Of a stretch of DNA of 64,000 bases, positions 11,233 to 24,100 are shown in pieces. Below the pieces are notes generated by a model. That model saw only the letters and a program-made list of their open reading frames with translations. It was not told the origin of the DNA and searched no databases. The position numbers and the translations under genes were made by a program. Origin of the DNA: Psammoneis japonica (taxonomy: Eukaryota); assembly GCA_008632985.1 (NCBI GenBank), contig QPGO01000049.1:124001-188000 (forward strand), given 5' to 3'. The first letter of the stretch is position 1; each line of letters opens with the position of its first letter.

Positions 11233-13862
11233 ATGAAACAATTACTACCCTCCGGTATTATGGTCAGTACGCTGGTACTGCCTGTGGCTTCGGAGTTCGT
11301 CCCCGGGTGCGGGAAGCCTGATACAGATCCCTGTGAGATATACAGTTACAGAGATCTAAAGAATGTCAACAACAATGGAATTGACTTGCATTACGTGTTG
11401 ATGAACGATATTGCAGCTGATTCAAATGACAACTTCGAGCCTATTGGACAGCCCCATCCTAGGGGATTCAGCGGCTTCTTTGATGGAAATGAACACAGCA
11501 TCCGAGACTTGCACATTGAACGAGGCAATCATAGCAGCTCCGTTGGACTGTTTGCGAGGATTTATGACAGTTATAACAAGATTGCAAGTGTTCGCAATCT
11601 TGTTATTGAGAATGCCACCGTCCTTGGCGGGCGTTCGGTCGGTGCGCTTGCTGGATATGTGAGATGGGAGTTTCCATCCAACAAGAATACCCTTATTATT
11701 CACAACGTAAAGGTCAGAAATTCATTCGTCAAGGGTACTGGCGGCAAGGTGGGTGGCCTGGTTGGATCGCTGTACAACAACAACCGGTACAACAATGCCA
11801 ATTTTGCAAACAGTGTTATATCATGCTGTCATTCCAGCGACTGCGTCGTTAAGGGTCAGGGGCAGGTCGGTGGCCTTATTGGAGAAATGCAAGGAGGACA
11901 TATCTTAAAATCAACTGTGGAAGTCGTCAACGTCAAGTCGATTTCTGTTTGCGGTGGCTTAGTTGGACATTTCGAAGATTTAGCGAGGATTGAAAACAGC
12001 TATTCACGCAGTGGTATCATCAGATGCCGAAGACATTGTGGGGGAATAGTTGGTCTCTCATCTGGCTCGGCTTCCATTACGAATAGCTATGCTGTGGGAA
12101 GGTTCAAGGTAATCGAAGACCTAAACGGAGACGATTCCTCTCTCCTAGGTGGTTTGGTTGGAAGTCTTGGTCAGGGCTGCACAATAGCCAACAGTTTCGC
12201 GGCTGGTACAATGTTGAGCAGAAATTCACGATTCCACGGTGGACTCGTAGGCCTCGCGTCAGGGGGCAAGTGGCATCTCGGGAACAACCACTGTGTACAT
12301 GCACCAGCAATCGGCAACTATGTTGCGAAAAAAACTGAAGCACAAGTGATAAACGACCCACTTACTTTAAAAATCGGGAAAACGAACCAATATCTAGTTG
12401 GGAAGGCAACGTTTGGAAACTCGGGGTGAACACCTATCCGGCAATTCAATGTCGAGCAAGCGACATTTTCACGCGGGGGCCTTACAAAGGCCATGTTGGT
12501 CAGTCTGTACACTTGAACCGAACCATCGTCACAGACAAGGGCACTTACAGGTGGACAGTCAACAACGACAAGTGCACTTTCGACTTTCCGAAAAGGCTGT
12601 TTCCGGTCATCAAGTGTAGTGGCGTTGTCACTGAAAATGGCTCTCACGTTGTGAAAGTCTGTCTGACGGCTACTTTCAACAAAGAATCAGTCTCGGACTG
12701 CACATCTGTTGTTTTCACTTGTGGGGGACCTGGAAACGCACCCTGTGAGATACGAACGCCACAAGATTTGAAGGATATCGACAGGAATGGCCTCGATTTG
12801 CACTACGTGTTGATGAACGATTTGTCGTTGAACGATATCGGGGCTAGTCGTCTCGAACCCTTTGAACCACTTGGTCCATTTTCTGGCATTTTTGAGGGGA
12901 ATGGACACGTTATCCGAGGACTGTACATTGACAAGGGGGGTGATCATTCGGTGGGACTGTTCTCGAAAATCATTGGGGATCCTCGCTCAACTACCATTGT
13001 TCGTAACCTCGTTCTCGAGAACCCCTTGGTGTATGGCTCCAGCTACACTGGTGTCCTTGCTGGATATCTAGAAGGCAATGATCTTGCTTGTCCATAACAT
13101 TACCATCACAGATCCAATTGTGGAACTGCGCAGCTCTCGAGGAGAGTATTTGGGGGACTCGCGGGATTCGGTTCGGGTGTCAACATATCATGCTGCAATG
13201 TAGCTCGAGGGGTCCTTGAAGGATATGGTGGGCATGGATTCGGGGGTCTTGTTGGGAGGCTAGAACGCAGTAACGTTGAGAAATGCAGTGCGGATGAAGT
13301 CAACGTCCGATGTGAAGAAGGCTGCGGTGGCCTCATTGGTGATATGGCTGAATCACAGGTTTCAAATAGCTTGGCACGCGGTGGTCGCACCGAGGGGGCC
13401 GTTGAAGTTGCTGGTGGCCTTGTCGGATACTCTCGTGAATCCGCGATCCTGAACAGCTATGCCCAGGGCGACGTCCTTGGAAACTCACGAGTCTTTCGGG
13501 GTCTTATTGTTAGTTATGGTGGACTTGTTGGGTGGGCCAACGAAGATTCTGTGCGTAATAGTTTTGCGTCTGTGAGTTTTACAGCACCGAATCCAGATTC
13601 CGCTGTATTCGGTGGTCTCATTGGCAGGTTCGGGAGCTCTACCCTCGACAACAACTACTGTTTGGCGTCCCCGGCACTGCCTGACTACAATGCAGGAGAC
13701 AATGAAGTTGTGGTGGTCCAAGATGCGGGTTACTTTCAAAATCATATGAATGAGCCCATGAAGACTTGGCACAAGGACACTTGGATATTCAGCGAGCTCA
13801 GCTTTCCAAGGATAATTGCGGAACCAAAGTCAAGAATGACGCAAACGTGCCCGACATTGTGA
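11233..13862 (+). CDS. Secreted GLUG-motif (beta-helix repeat) protein with two tandem domains; interrupted by frameshifts at ~12358, ~13083 and ~13142
   Basis: Signal peptide. Two copies of CG.P...PCEI....DL......G.DLHYVLMND..FEP.G..FSG.F.GN.H.IR.L.I..G..SVGLF, and many VGGLVG repeats. Alternative frames restore YFKNRENEPISSW and LLVHNITIT, matching the other domain copy. No introns seen. Confidence 0.75.
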
Positions 13863-14746
13863 ACTCGATCAAACGCGGTCTGAACAAAATCAAATCCCAC
13901 CTTCGATCTATAGCCACCATTAAGAAACCCTGGAAAATGATCAAAAGACTCAAATCAGCCAGATTTAGCATCTTACAAAGACCACTGCGGTCCAACACAT
14001 TGATCAATCCAGGGCATCCATGGATGCGTTGTTACGACAGATTGATGACAAGGTTCGCAGCGGGCAAATACCAGTAGGCGAGCAGGCTTCTCTTCGCACA
14101 AAAGTCAACAAGGTTCGGGTGGATCTCCTGAACCAGCTGCAGAACAGCTGCAGCTGTTAGCTGTAGAAGCGTTTGTAGCTTTACGGTACACTTTATAGAT
14201 TTAACTACATGGGAGGCGTCGGGCACAACACAACATCACGTTGCTTTATCGAGATTTTTCTTTGCAAGGTGCTTCACCTCCATCCTTGCCAAGACGACTC
14301 AACAAGACTCCCCAAACCCCTTGGCGGCCGTAGAGACGTTACTGTACTGAACTATCCATAGTCGATTGAGGCGAAATGAATCAATCTAGAGTGACAACGA
14401 ATGGTGTTCTGTGTTTTGCTGTGAGACGGGAAAGGTTCGTTCAAAAAAGTGAGCCGAGATAGAACTGGCACGTTGGCACGTTGGGTTATGAGCGCCATTG
14501 ATGGCGGTTCAGTCGTGTCTGCGACGCGTCCACGCGGTCCACAATTTTCTGCAAAATGGCCGACGGTTAGTTAGGCCCTACGGTTGCAAAAGAAAACCGA
14601 GTTCGACAAGAGTTCGACATTCTGAATTCTGCATCGTCCTTCACCTTCACCTCTTTTACCATGACGGCGACGGGAGAAACAAACATATACCTGGCTTTGA
14701 AGACACTCAAAATGACTTGTTCTCTTTGAAAGAAGCATCTGAACTC

Positions 14747-16429
14747 ATGAAAGATCTGTCTTGCCGCAAATGGTTCTGGGAAGGATTTGCTAATAAACGA
14801 CGAGTCCAACGATACAAGGCGAGTGACGACGACATGCCAATTCTCCTTCAATCAATGATTCAACGACTTCCCAAAGCACCAAACCAGGTAATTGTCGAAG
14901 AACACGTGGAACCAAAGCAAGCTGCACCTGCAGACGCTTCTCCCGAAGAGGTATTGACACTTTTTGAATCCAACGTGAAATGCCACCACGGCGAGACAGT
15001 AGCAGCGTGTGATTGTTTTGTCGGTCAATGTGTACTACTACCCATGCCGCAGGTAAAGGTGGATCAGACATTTCATCTTCCAGCAGAGCGCTTTCCAGAT
15101 TGCTGGAGACTACAGCAGCACACTAGTGTAAGCATGGAACCGCGGCGATTATATCTGAAGACGTCTGATTGTCTCTGGGAATGGCGGAGTTGCTTGGATA
15201 TAACAAGTCAAGGCAAAAGTAATTTGGGCAAGGCTATTCTCATCAAGTTTGTTCGATTATCTCTACCGGATCAAAATATGATAGTTAGATCTGCACTCGA
15301 TAAGCTATCCATACAACAAAACGACACAACGCCAACGTCAATCGACGACATGCCACCTCTTCCAGACTTGTTGACGATTGTCATTACGACATCGCCCATC
15401 AAGTCCCATCCATCGACGGAATTGTTGGAACGCACCATGGAAACCTTTGCATTTGCAGGCAATGATTTTTATCGCAACTGCTCAAAACTAATCGTGTGTG
15501 ATGGGTGTCGTATTGCCGGAGACGCCACGACACGCAAACACTCCAATGTCAAGCAAGCCTTGCGGAACGGCATTGCCACATCGCAGCACGCGGAGAATTA
15601 TGAGCTCTTTAAAGAGCGTCTCAAACAAAAGTGCAAAGACAATGTAGAACCCTTTTTCAACACGACCGTTCTGGAGCTACAAGAACGGTACGGTTATGGC
15701 TTTGCCTTGAAACAAGCACTGCAAGACGTCGAAACCAAGTATGTTTGTGTCATTCAACACGATCGTACCTTTATGCGTCCCACGCCCATTCAAGAAACGG
15801 TCCATGCCATGTACAACCATCCGAACGAGTTTAAATATGTTGGAATGAGCATGAGAAGCAATTTGAATTATAGCGACCTTTTTCTCAGCAAGTACGGCAA
15901 GGCTGCACATGACGAGTTCAAAACAATGGTTCAGCGACCGCAAGAGCTGGCCTTGGATAAGACCAAGTGGGGACCCAACTCGGAATCGATTCGGGAAATG
16001 ATGAATGCAACAAATGAAAACATGCGTTCCAATCTCTTGGCAGTTGCCGAAATGTATCAAAAGAGCAAGCAATACGACCTGTATCAATCGCACGACAATA
16101 CCAACAAGTACCACCAACTGTCGCTCGTTCCCACCATTTTTTGGTATGATAATACACACATGGTGGAAACGGCACACTATCGTGATTTTATCTTTTATCC
16201 AATTTACAAAATGGCAACCCGGGGTGGATTCATTGAGGAACGGACGAGTCCCGTCATTGCCAAGAGTTGTGAACGGCTGGGACTGACGGCGGGGCACGCA
16301 AAATTTGGTTGCTACCTGTTGGATGATCATTCTGGGTTTTTCTTCACGGGGCATTTGGACGGGGGAAGCTATCTAACTCAAGAACAACAACGACAAGAGT
16401 TTGGTTCGAGAAGGAAGAGTTCAAAATAA
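14747..16429 (+). CDS. Hypothetical protein with C-terminal glycosyltransferase family 2-like domain; start uncertain (ORF open from 14498)
   Basis: Long ORF. LTIVITTSPIKSHPSTELL, LIVCDG, YGYGFALK and YVCVIQHD resemble a GT-A fold. Confidence 0.62.
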   Translation: MKDLSCRKWFWEGFANKRRVQRYKASDDDMPILLQSMIQRLPKAPNQVIVEEHVEPKQAAPADASPEEVLTLFESNVKCHHGETVAACDCFVGQCVLLPMPQVKVDQTFHLPAERFPDCWRLQQHTSVSMEPRRLYLKTSDCLWEWRSCLDITSQGKSNLGKAILIKFVRLSLPDQNMIVRSALDKLSIQQNDTTPTSIDDMPPLPDLLTIVITTSPIKSHPSTELLERTMETFAFAGNDFYRNCSKLIVCDGCRIAGDATTRKHSNVKQALRNGIATSQHAENYELFKERLKQKCKDNVEPFFNTTVLELQERYGYGFALKQALQDVETKYVCVIQHDRTFMRPTPIQETVHAMYNHPNEFKYVGMSMRSNLNYSDLFLSKYGKAAHDEFKTMVQRPQELALDKTKWGPNSESIREMMNATNENMRSNLLAVAEMYQKSKQYDLYQSHDNTNKYHQLSLVPTIFWYDNTHMVETAHYRDFIFYPIYKMATRGGFIEERTSPVIAKSCERLGLTAGHAKFGCYLLDDHSGFFFTGHLDGGSYLTQEQQRQEFGSRRKSSK

Positions 16430-16621
16430 AATGGGCTAGAACAAAACGTTTCCTCTTAGGCTCCTATGCTGTAATCGCTTTTTCTAAAACCGGTCAAAAA
16501 AAGAAAACGTCTTTTTTGCAGTATTTTCAGTCAACTTTATCTGACTTTTATCGTTTCTGCAACATTTCTGCACAAAATCCAAGCCATCAAAGCTTGTGAC
16601 AGGCAAAAAAAGCACTCCACC

Positions 16622-18039
16622 ATGGCGGAAAGCAAGTCATCACCCCGCAGCAACAGCCGAGGGGTTCGCCAACACTACTTGTACTGGATCCTTCCACTTG
16701 TCTTATCCGTGTGGCTTGGCTTCCAAGAGGTGCAAGGCGCATCCTCCAAAAACAAAAAGAAGAACACTTCCAAGTACAGTCGAATCTGCGTCTCGGATGG
16801 CAAACCACCCATTGCCGCCACAGATCGCAAACGTCACGCGGCACTGGAAAAGCTATTGGGTGTGACGACCGCTCGAACACTTGAACTCAAAGACACCCCT
16901 CAGCACAAGGCAGCATGTTGGATGCTCTTTGACGATCCCAAATCGACACGGCCCTCCGCGAGTAACTTTATTCAACGGTATGCGCTCGTGGTGCTTTGGT
17001 TTGCCACGGGTGGTAGTAAGGGATGGGAAGTCAAAGACGGTTGGTTGACCAAAGCAAACGAGTGTACATGGTATGGTGTCACGTGTGGTCGTAGCATGAT
17101 GGGTACCAAGCGAGTGACGGGGTTGGATTTGGGTTTCAACAATATCGTTGGACAGCTTCCACGTGAGCTGGGTCTCTTGACGTACGTGCAAGAAGTGGAT
17201 CTGCATGGAAACGAAGTACAAGGTGTCCTTCCCAATGGTATATTTGCGTCTTGGAAGTATCTCAAGATACTGAGATTGCACATGAATGGGCTCTTTGGGA
17301 AACTGCCGACCGAAGTTGGCATGCTAACGAGTTTGGGTAGGTTTCTGAGTTTGCATCGAGCTACTGCGTGTAGATCTCGGTCATACGAGCTCGTTTCTGA
17401 CTACTGTTGTACATTTGATTGTCTTGTCTTGCTACTTTGTGTTTGATAGAGGAGCTATATCTTTTCGGTAACTACCTTCAAGGATCAATTCCAACGGAAC
17501 TGGAGAAGCTAACGAATCTCAGTGAGTGTATTGAGTGACGTTTTGTTGTTTCCGTTGCTTGAACTACTCTTTGATGCTCACGCATTGTTTCAAATCATGT
17601 ACAGAGGCGCTCGATCTTTATGCCAACAACTTTGCTGGAACTATACCCAGAAGTCTTGGGAATCTCAAGAATCTTCGTAAGTAGTTGGATTCTACCGATG
17701 TGCTTGCTCGTCTCTGTATGTTGCTCTCGCTGAACAAACCATTGATTTCGCGTTTTTGCTTTTGTTTTTTGCTTTGTTTCAGAGGAACTTGATGTCCACG
17801 ACAATGATTTGGAGGGTCGCATGCCTCAATCGATTTGCGATCTCAAGGTAAAATCGCTCACGTCGGATTGTTTGGGACGATCGCCAGAAGTCCGGTGTGA
17901 CTGCTGCACTATTTGTTGTCAGGGACTGCCCGATTTGAAATGTGTCGATGTCGAGACACGAAAAGAGATTCGTTATGACTTTTCGTCCTATGCCACCGAA
18001 ATCCATGACCGCAGCCATGTACGAGCCAAAATGAAATAA
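16622..18039 (+). CDS. Membrane-anchored leucine-rich repeat protein; exons 16622-17336, 17450-17521, 17605-17676, 17783-18039
   Basis: N-terminal TM, QRYALVVLWFATGG..W..WL..ECTWYGVTC cap, plant-type LxLxxNxxxGxLPxELGxL repeats, and C-terminal DC..V.CDCCT.C cap. Three phase-1 GT-AG introns keep the frame. Confidence 0.88.
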
Positions 18040-18116
18040 AAGAGTAAACAGAGATGAATGTGCTAACTAAATATTCACAAAGATATGCTACCAACACAAG
18101 CTGCTCTTTAAACAAA

Positions 18117-19306
18117 TTACTGAATTTGCGTATCACTGTCCTTGGAGTATTCCAACACACGATCAACAAGTCCGTACTCTACGGCTTCTTGAGCACTCAT
18201 AAAGTTGTCCCTGTCCAAATCCCTCACAATTTGATCCTGCGTCTGTCCCGTCATCATGGAGTACAGCTTGACCAAGTTGTCACGGATACGCATAATTTGT
18301 GCCGCTTCCACCTTGATATCTTCGGCTTGTCCCTGTGCTCCACCCATGGGTTGATGAATCATGATGCGTGACGAGGGCAATGCCAAACGCTTGCCCTTGC
18401 TACCGGCAGCCATGATAAAACTCGCCATGGAGGCTGCCAAACCCAAGTTGATGGTAATGACTTCGGACTTGATGTGCTGCATGCAATCATAAATGGCAAG
18501 ACCGGAAATGACGGAACCACCGGGACAGTTGATGTAGAGATAAATGGGTTTGGTCGAGTCCTCGCTGTCCAAGTACAGCATGACACCAATGATTTGATTG
18601 GCAAGCTCATCGTCAATCTCGGATCCGAGGAAAATGATGCGTTCCCGATACAAGCGATTGTAAATGTCGACCCTAATTGGAAATGGAAGAGCAAGCAACA
18701 ATGTTTTTGAGATATCCGTTCAGGCCCCGCAAACTGAGATTTGTAAAATCAGATTTAAATGAACCCCAACACAAAACTTCTACTAATATATTTCTCTTAC
18801 CAATCGGCACTTTGTGATCCCGGTACGCGGTAAGCAACCTTGGGAACACCAATAGGCATCATTTTAATATCATTGCTACGAGACGAACTCCTACTGTTTG
18901 ATACAAGTCCCGTCACCGCCTTGGGCATGGGCGTCGTCAGGCCCTTGCGTGCCACAAAGGGAGGTGCTAATATATGAGAAACGAGAGGAAACGAAAAAGC
19001 GGTGCATGAGAAACATTGAAAAATCAAAGCGACCACGACAGCGGGAAACAGAACTCGCGTCTATTCCAAGACCAATTACGACATGGATCCATCCTCTACT
19101 CGCTCAAACTCTGCTCTCTCCCTCTTTTGATCTTTGCATCTAACCTGCAGCGCTGAGCAGCGTGCCCTCGTTTTTTTCTTTTTTTCAAACAAAAGTCCCG
19201 CTTCCTCCTCTCGCTTTCACAAATCAAAAGAGCTTTGCTTACCATACGCAGCTGTATATGCCACAGAGCATAGTGCCAACAAGGATGATACAACACGCTT
19301 CATCAT
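18117..19306 (-). CDS. clpP: Plastid-targeted Clp protease proteolytic subunit; exons 19306-19243, 18966-18801, 18672-18117
   Basis: [31 protein letters not shown]. Catalytic Ser (AASMAS), His (MIHQP) and Asp (DRDNF) are present. Spliced presequence [24 protein letters not shown]. Confidence 0.93.
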
Positions 19307-19558
19307 GGTGATGTCGTCGGCTGGTGCTGTTCTCACAAGCCAGAAGCAACAGCCAGCAGAGATAGAAAAGAAAAGATGAGGGGCGCGTCTGCGTCATCCC
19401 ACGTGGATCTTTTCCTGCGCGTTTTTCCAAAAACTGGCGCGAAAATTGAGTCGAATTTATCGATTTAGCGTGCGCCACACGCCACACGCCAATGAATTTT
19501 GCCCTCACAAATTTTCAATTTTTCTGCAACTCAAGTTTTCTAATTTCTGCAGCAAACC

Positions 19559-21039
19559 ATGAGCAACAACAACAACGACAATCATGTTGTCGTTCCCGTG
19601 GGCATGGACATTGGTTCTCTGAATGCACGAGTGGCCGTATCATCTAATGATGCAGGAGAAAGAATAATCAGCAATACTCTGGGACACCGATCGACACCCA
19701 CATATGTGACTCGGGAAGAGGACCATGTTGTTTTGGGAGAGGCGGCTCTCCGATTATTACAAAAACACAAACAGGATGTGGACAAGCACACGTTTTATTC
19801 TCTCTTAAAAAACGAAAACAATGATTTGTGTGAATCCTTTCTTAGTCATTTGGGTTCCTTGGCGTGTGATGCCACGTCGGTACAAGCAAATCAATTACGA
19901 ATTGTGCTGTCGGCACCACCGGACCATGCCGAAACCATCATGGACGACGACTCGTTGGTGGAATGCACACGGTTGGCCATGCGATCCTTGATCAAACAGG
20001 CACATCCCAAAAATAAAAAATTACAAAAACAAAATGTTCTCGTGGGTATTTTACACCATGCCGCAGCCGTGTGTGTAGCACACGGATTGACCGATAAACA
20101 AAATGCGAATCAGTCTGGAAGAATTTTGGTGGTGGACTGGGGTAGTGCGTCCGGTATGACTTTGACGTATTTGGAAATGTTGGGAAGTAGCAAAATCTTG
20201 TCCATTGTTCATACACAAACCGACCCATCCCTGTCGGGTTTTGTAGACATGATGGCCAAGCACGTGGCAACACAATTTGAACGAAAACACAAATTGCCCA
20301 CGGGCGATGTGTTGCAAAATTACAAGGCTCGCGCCAAGCTCATGACAGCGTGTGAGGTTGCAATCAAAAGCATGGCCAATAGTAGTAGTAGTTCTACTGT
20401 TCATGTCACGGTGGATGGATTGTATGAAGGATTGGATTGTCATGTTGGTATTAGTCAACCACGATGGGACATGTTGACATCGTCACTGTTTAAAAAGGCA
20501 AAATCCTTCTTGACGGAGTTTTACAATGCCAACGATCAGCCTCAAACTGTGCTATTGGCAGGAAGTGTCTGTCTCTTACCAAAGGTTCAAGGACTAATCA
20601 ATGATATTGTTGGAAACGATAGTTACCGAGGAAACTGCAATATTCCACCCGATGAAGCGGTCGCTCTGGGTTGTGTTCGTCATGCGGCGCAAGCCACAGC
20701 CATTATGAATACCATGGACAACTCGTCGTCGTCTGCATGGATAGTCCCAACACTGCAACGCATACCAACAAGTCCCGTTGAATTGGGCTTGAGAAAGCTA
20801 CAAGACAAGGATACAGACGTACTTGTGGGGTTGAAAACGCCCCTGCCTGCACACGTGACGCATACCTTTACATGTCGTGCCGATGAAACCTATTCCCTGT
20901 GGCAATTGACACCGACCGAACAACTACTTGCCGAGCTTGAGAATTTACCGGTAGGCGATGAGGTTGAATTGTTGGTCGAGTTGGATACAAACGGGTCTCT
21001 GGCGTTTCAGTGCAGGGTGGAGAAGTGCATCGGTTGTGA
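19559..21039 (+). CDS. Atypical Hsp70 (HSPA14/Ssz1-like); probable 1-nt deletion near 21003
   Basis: VGMDIGS, NTLGHRSTP, LVVDWG, KARAKLMTACE, LYEGLD and IPPDEAVALG motifs with a short substrate-binding domain. Adding one G gives LAVSVQGGEVHRL-stop at 21039; the uncorrected ORF ends at 21127. Confidence 0.75.
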
Positions 21040-21178
21040 TCGTTCGAGTTCTTTGACATACCGGTTTTCGCTGTGTGGTATGGTACGGTGTTGTAAGAAA
21101 GAGTGCAGAGCAACATATTGTCAATAAGATAAACTACCATTAGTTGTTCCCGCCCCTTCAATGCAATTGCAAATAGAA

Positions 21179-24100
21179 TCATTTCCGCGTTTTGATTCGC
21201 TTTGATTTTGGCTCCTTCCGTGCTCGACCCCTCGCTCTTTTTGATACTGTCAGCTTGTGCTCTTTGGGCACATTTTCCTTGCCCTCGTCTTCGAGTGGAC
21301 ACTCTTGTAGAACGTCAGTGTGTTCCGTGGACTCGTCCATGATATCGCTCTCTTCACGATGGTCGTGGGTGTCGGTCTCGGAAGACTCCTCGCCCTCGGA
21401 ATGGTCCTTGCCGTTGCTAATACTTTGAAGAAGCACTTCTTCGGATGGAGTTGATGAGAGCTGCTCGCTAAACTCTGGTGCTTGTCTCTCGGGCACGGCC
21501 TCTACTTCATCCTCGGCGTGGATAACGTTCGCGGTGAAATCACTCGTCTGGTCTTTTGCCAACATTGCGTGGGTTCCGGACTCGGTCAACTTCGCCACCA
21601 GCTGCTGCTTCTGCTTTTCCGCTGATCTGATGACAGACTCTTTCGTAGAGTCAATATGGGTTCGGTGGCTATTCGCGACCTCAATATGCGTCTTTTCTTG
21701 CTGAGACGTTCGGTTGCTTAGAGTATCGGAAAGCTGCTGCTGCTTCTCTGTGAGACTGTCGACTTCTTTTTTCTGGCTCTCTACACTTGCTCTGATTTGG
21801 TCGCATTCGCCGTTAACCATCGATACAACGTCCTTCTGGGCTGCTTCGATACTCTTGATATTGGAAATCGAGTTTGGAATGATAGATTCTGCAGAGAAAG
21901 AGAAAGACTCTTTGCCCATTCGTGAAAGACCTTCAATGCCTTCCTTGTTTTCTTTTAGAACCACGTCGACCATGTGACTACCGCACGATTCGCCGCCTTC
22001 TTGCAAAGCTGCAGCAATTTCTTGAGTTTTGGCATCCACCGAATTGAGATCTTCCATACCTTTTACGCTTTGAGTGAACATCTCCTCGGCCGAACGTTGC
22101 TGCTGGCGGCAATCCTCTGAGACCTTTAGCAAAGTAGAACTTGTCTCGCCAAGGAATTTCGACACCTGGGTTTCGTTTTCTTTCACCGCGTCGACGTTAT
22201 CTTGGAGCGTCACTCTCGAAGCATGGATGTTCTCAAATATACTCTTCGCTGACTCGTGAGCTGTGTCGTTCGTTTTTGCGAGACGATTGTTGTCAGCAAC
22301 AAATGTGGAATAGCTGGTTTCTTGATCTTTGGTAACGATAGCCATCTGCTGGCTGACGAGCTGTTGAACCCCGGTCATGACATTTGCAACAAAGTTTTCG
22401 CAAAGTTGCTGTTGTCGATGATACGATGTCGTGAAAGACTCGTTCTGTTTGCGAAGCATCTCTTTTTGGTCGTTCAAGCCGATAAGATGGGACTTGCCAT
22501 TCTCGTCAATATACAATTGCTGCTTGGACAACTGACTATTTATCTCGTCGTGTCTCTTCATGTCTGACGATAGAGTATGATTTGCTGCCCTCACAGCCTC
22601 TCGTTGGTTGGCCGCCGACTGGCCCATTTTGGTCGCAAAATCTTCTGACGTATTCTTCCATTGCTCCAGTATCGCAGTGACGTTGGTCTTGGCCCGCACA
22701 CTTTCAACCTGAGCTTGCGCCAAAGCATTCACCGCGGACGTGACAACTTGCATCAACTGCTCTTTCGATCCCAAGATGCGTTTATCCAGCGATTTCAACA
22801 GATCGGCAGAGGAAAGAGCAAAGGTGGCTTCGAGAGTTTTTAAGTGAGAAGCAAAATCGCCGAGCTGCTTCTGCATTGATATGCACTTGTTCGAAATCTC
22901 TTTCTCGCCTGAAGAGGCGGCATTCTTGGTCGCGTCTAAACCTTCAAGGATGCTGCACGATGACGACGCGTAAGAGGAGAGTAATCCATTCTCTCCCTGA
23001 AGATTTGAATTCAGCGCAGAGCAGGTACTTCTCACAGTCTCCGACATGCTTTGGATTGCGTCTAGTGACTGCTTGAGGAAGTCGGACTGTTTCCTGTGAT
23101 TGTCGATAGCGTTGTCACTGACACTTGAGAAGTAGTTTTCCTCGTGAGCCACAATTTCTGAGAGAGAAGTGACAATCTGTTCCAGTACTTCCGCAACACC
23201 AGTGTTAAAAACCTTTGCAGCTCTTTTTCGCTCGACTTCAGCGTCTCTATTTTCGAGGATTTTCTTGTGCATAAGTTCTCCGTCAGAAATGGATTGGCGA
23301 AGAGCACCGAGCAATGCGGTCGCCTCTGAAGTAAGGCTTGATTCCGTTTTCTGAGTAGCTTCCAGAATGACGGTCGTCTTCTTTAAAGTAGATTCCGTCT
23401 GATGAAGTTGTTCCGTGATGGTGTTATTTCTTGCCGTAAGCTGTGCGATTTCTTCCTTCAATGATGATATTTCAACGGTGGCGTCTGCATAGCGTTGTTC
23501 GGCCTCGAGGCGAGAAGCTTCCGCCTGTTCAGCTTTCTCTACTAGTTCCTGCTGCTGTAGATGCTTTCTCGCTAACGCAGCTTGAGCCTCGCTTACTTGA
23601 GACTGCATATAGGATAGACGACACTCCATATCTTGCCATCGCTCCACTTCACTTTCAGCACCTGCTTCTGTTCCGTTCAGCTTATCGACAGCCACGGAAG
23701 ACGAGATTGTTCCATGCGTCATGTAAGAAGACGTAATAGGCTTGTTACAATTCCATTTGCCGCTTGAGCATAGTTAAGAGTAGATATGGATTCTTCGATA
23801 GCCGTAACAGAAGGTGACAGAGTTGCAATAATGCACGTCTTACAGCGCCCCCCAAGAGATTCCTGAAGAATACGTGTCAACTTTGAGTCCCTACGCAGAT
23901 GATGAGAAGCATTGTAATGGATGAGAAGTTTCAAAAGGAGCGGATTATTTTTTAATCAAGACATGAAACATCATCACTCACCTATAGGGAATCCTAACGT
24001 TGGACTTCTTTTTGCTGGTACTCTTCTCCTTGAGCATCGAAACGACGCGTCCGAGTGTGAGCAACGAACGGTTAATGTTTAGCCGTTCTCGCTCTCGAGC

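Noticed and set aside
13870..14480. Possible small minus-strand gene or pseudogene
   Set aside because: Only short ORFs, with no recognisable motif or consistent splice model.
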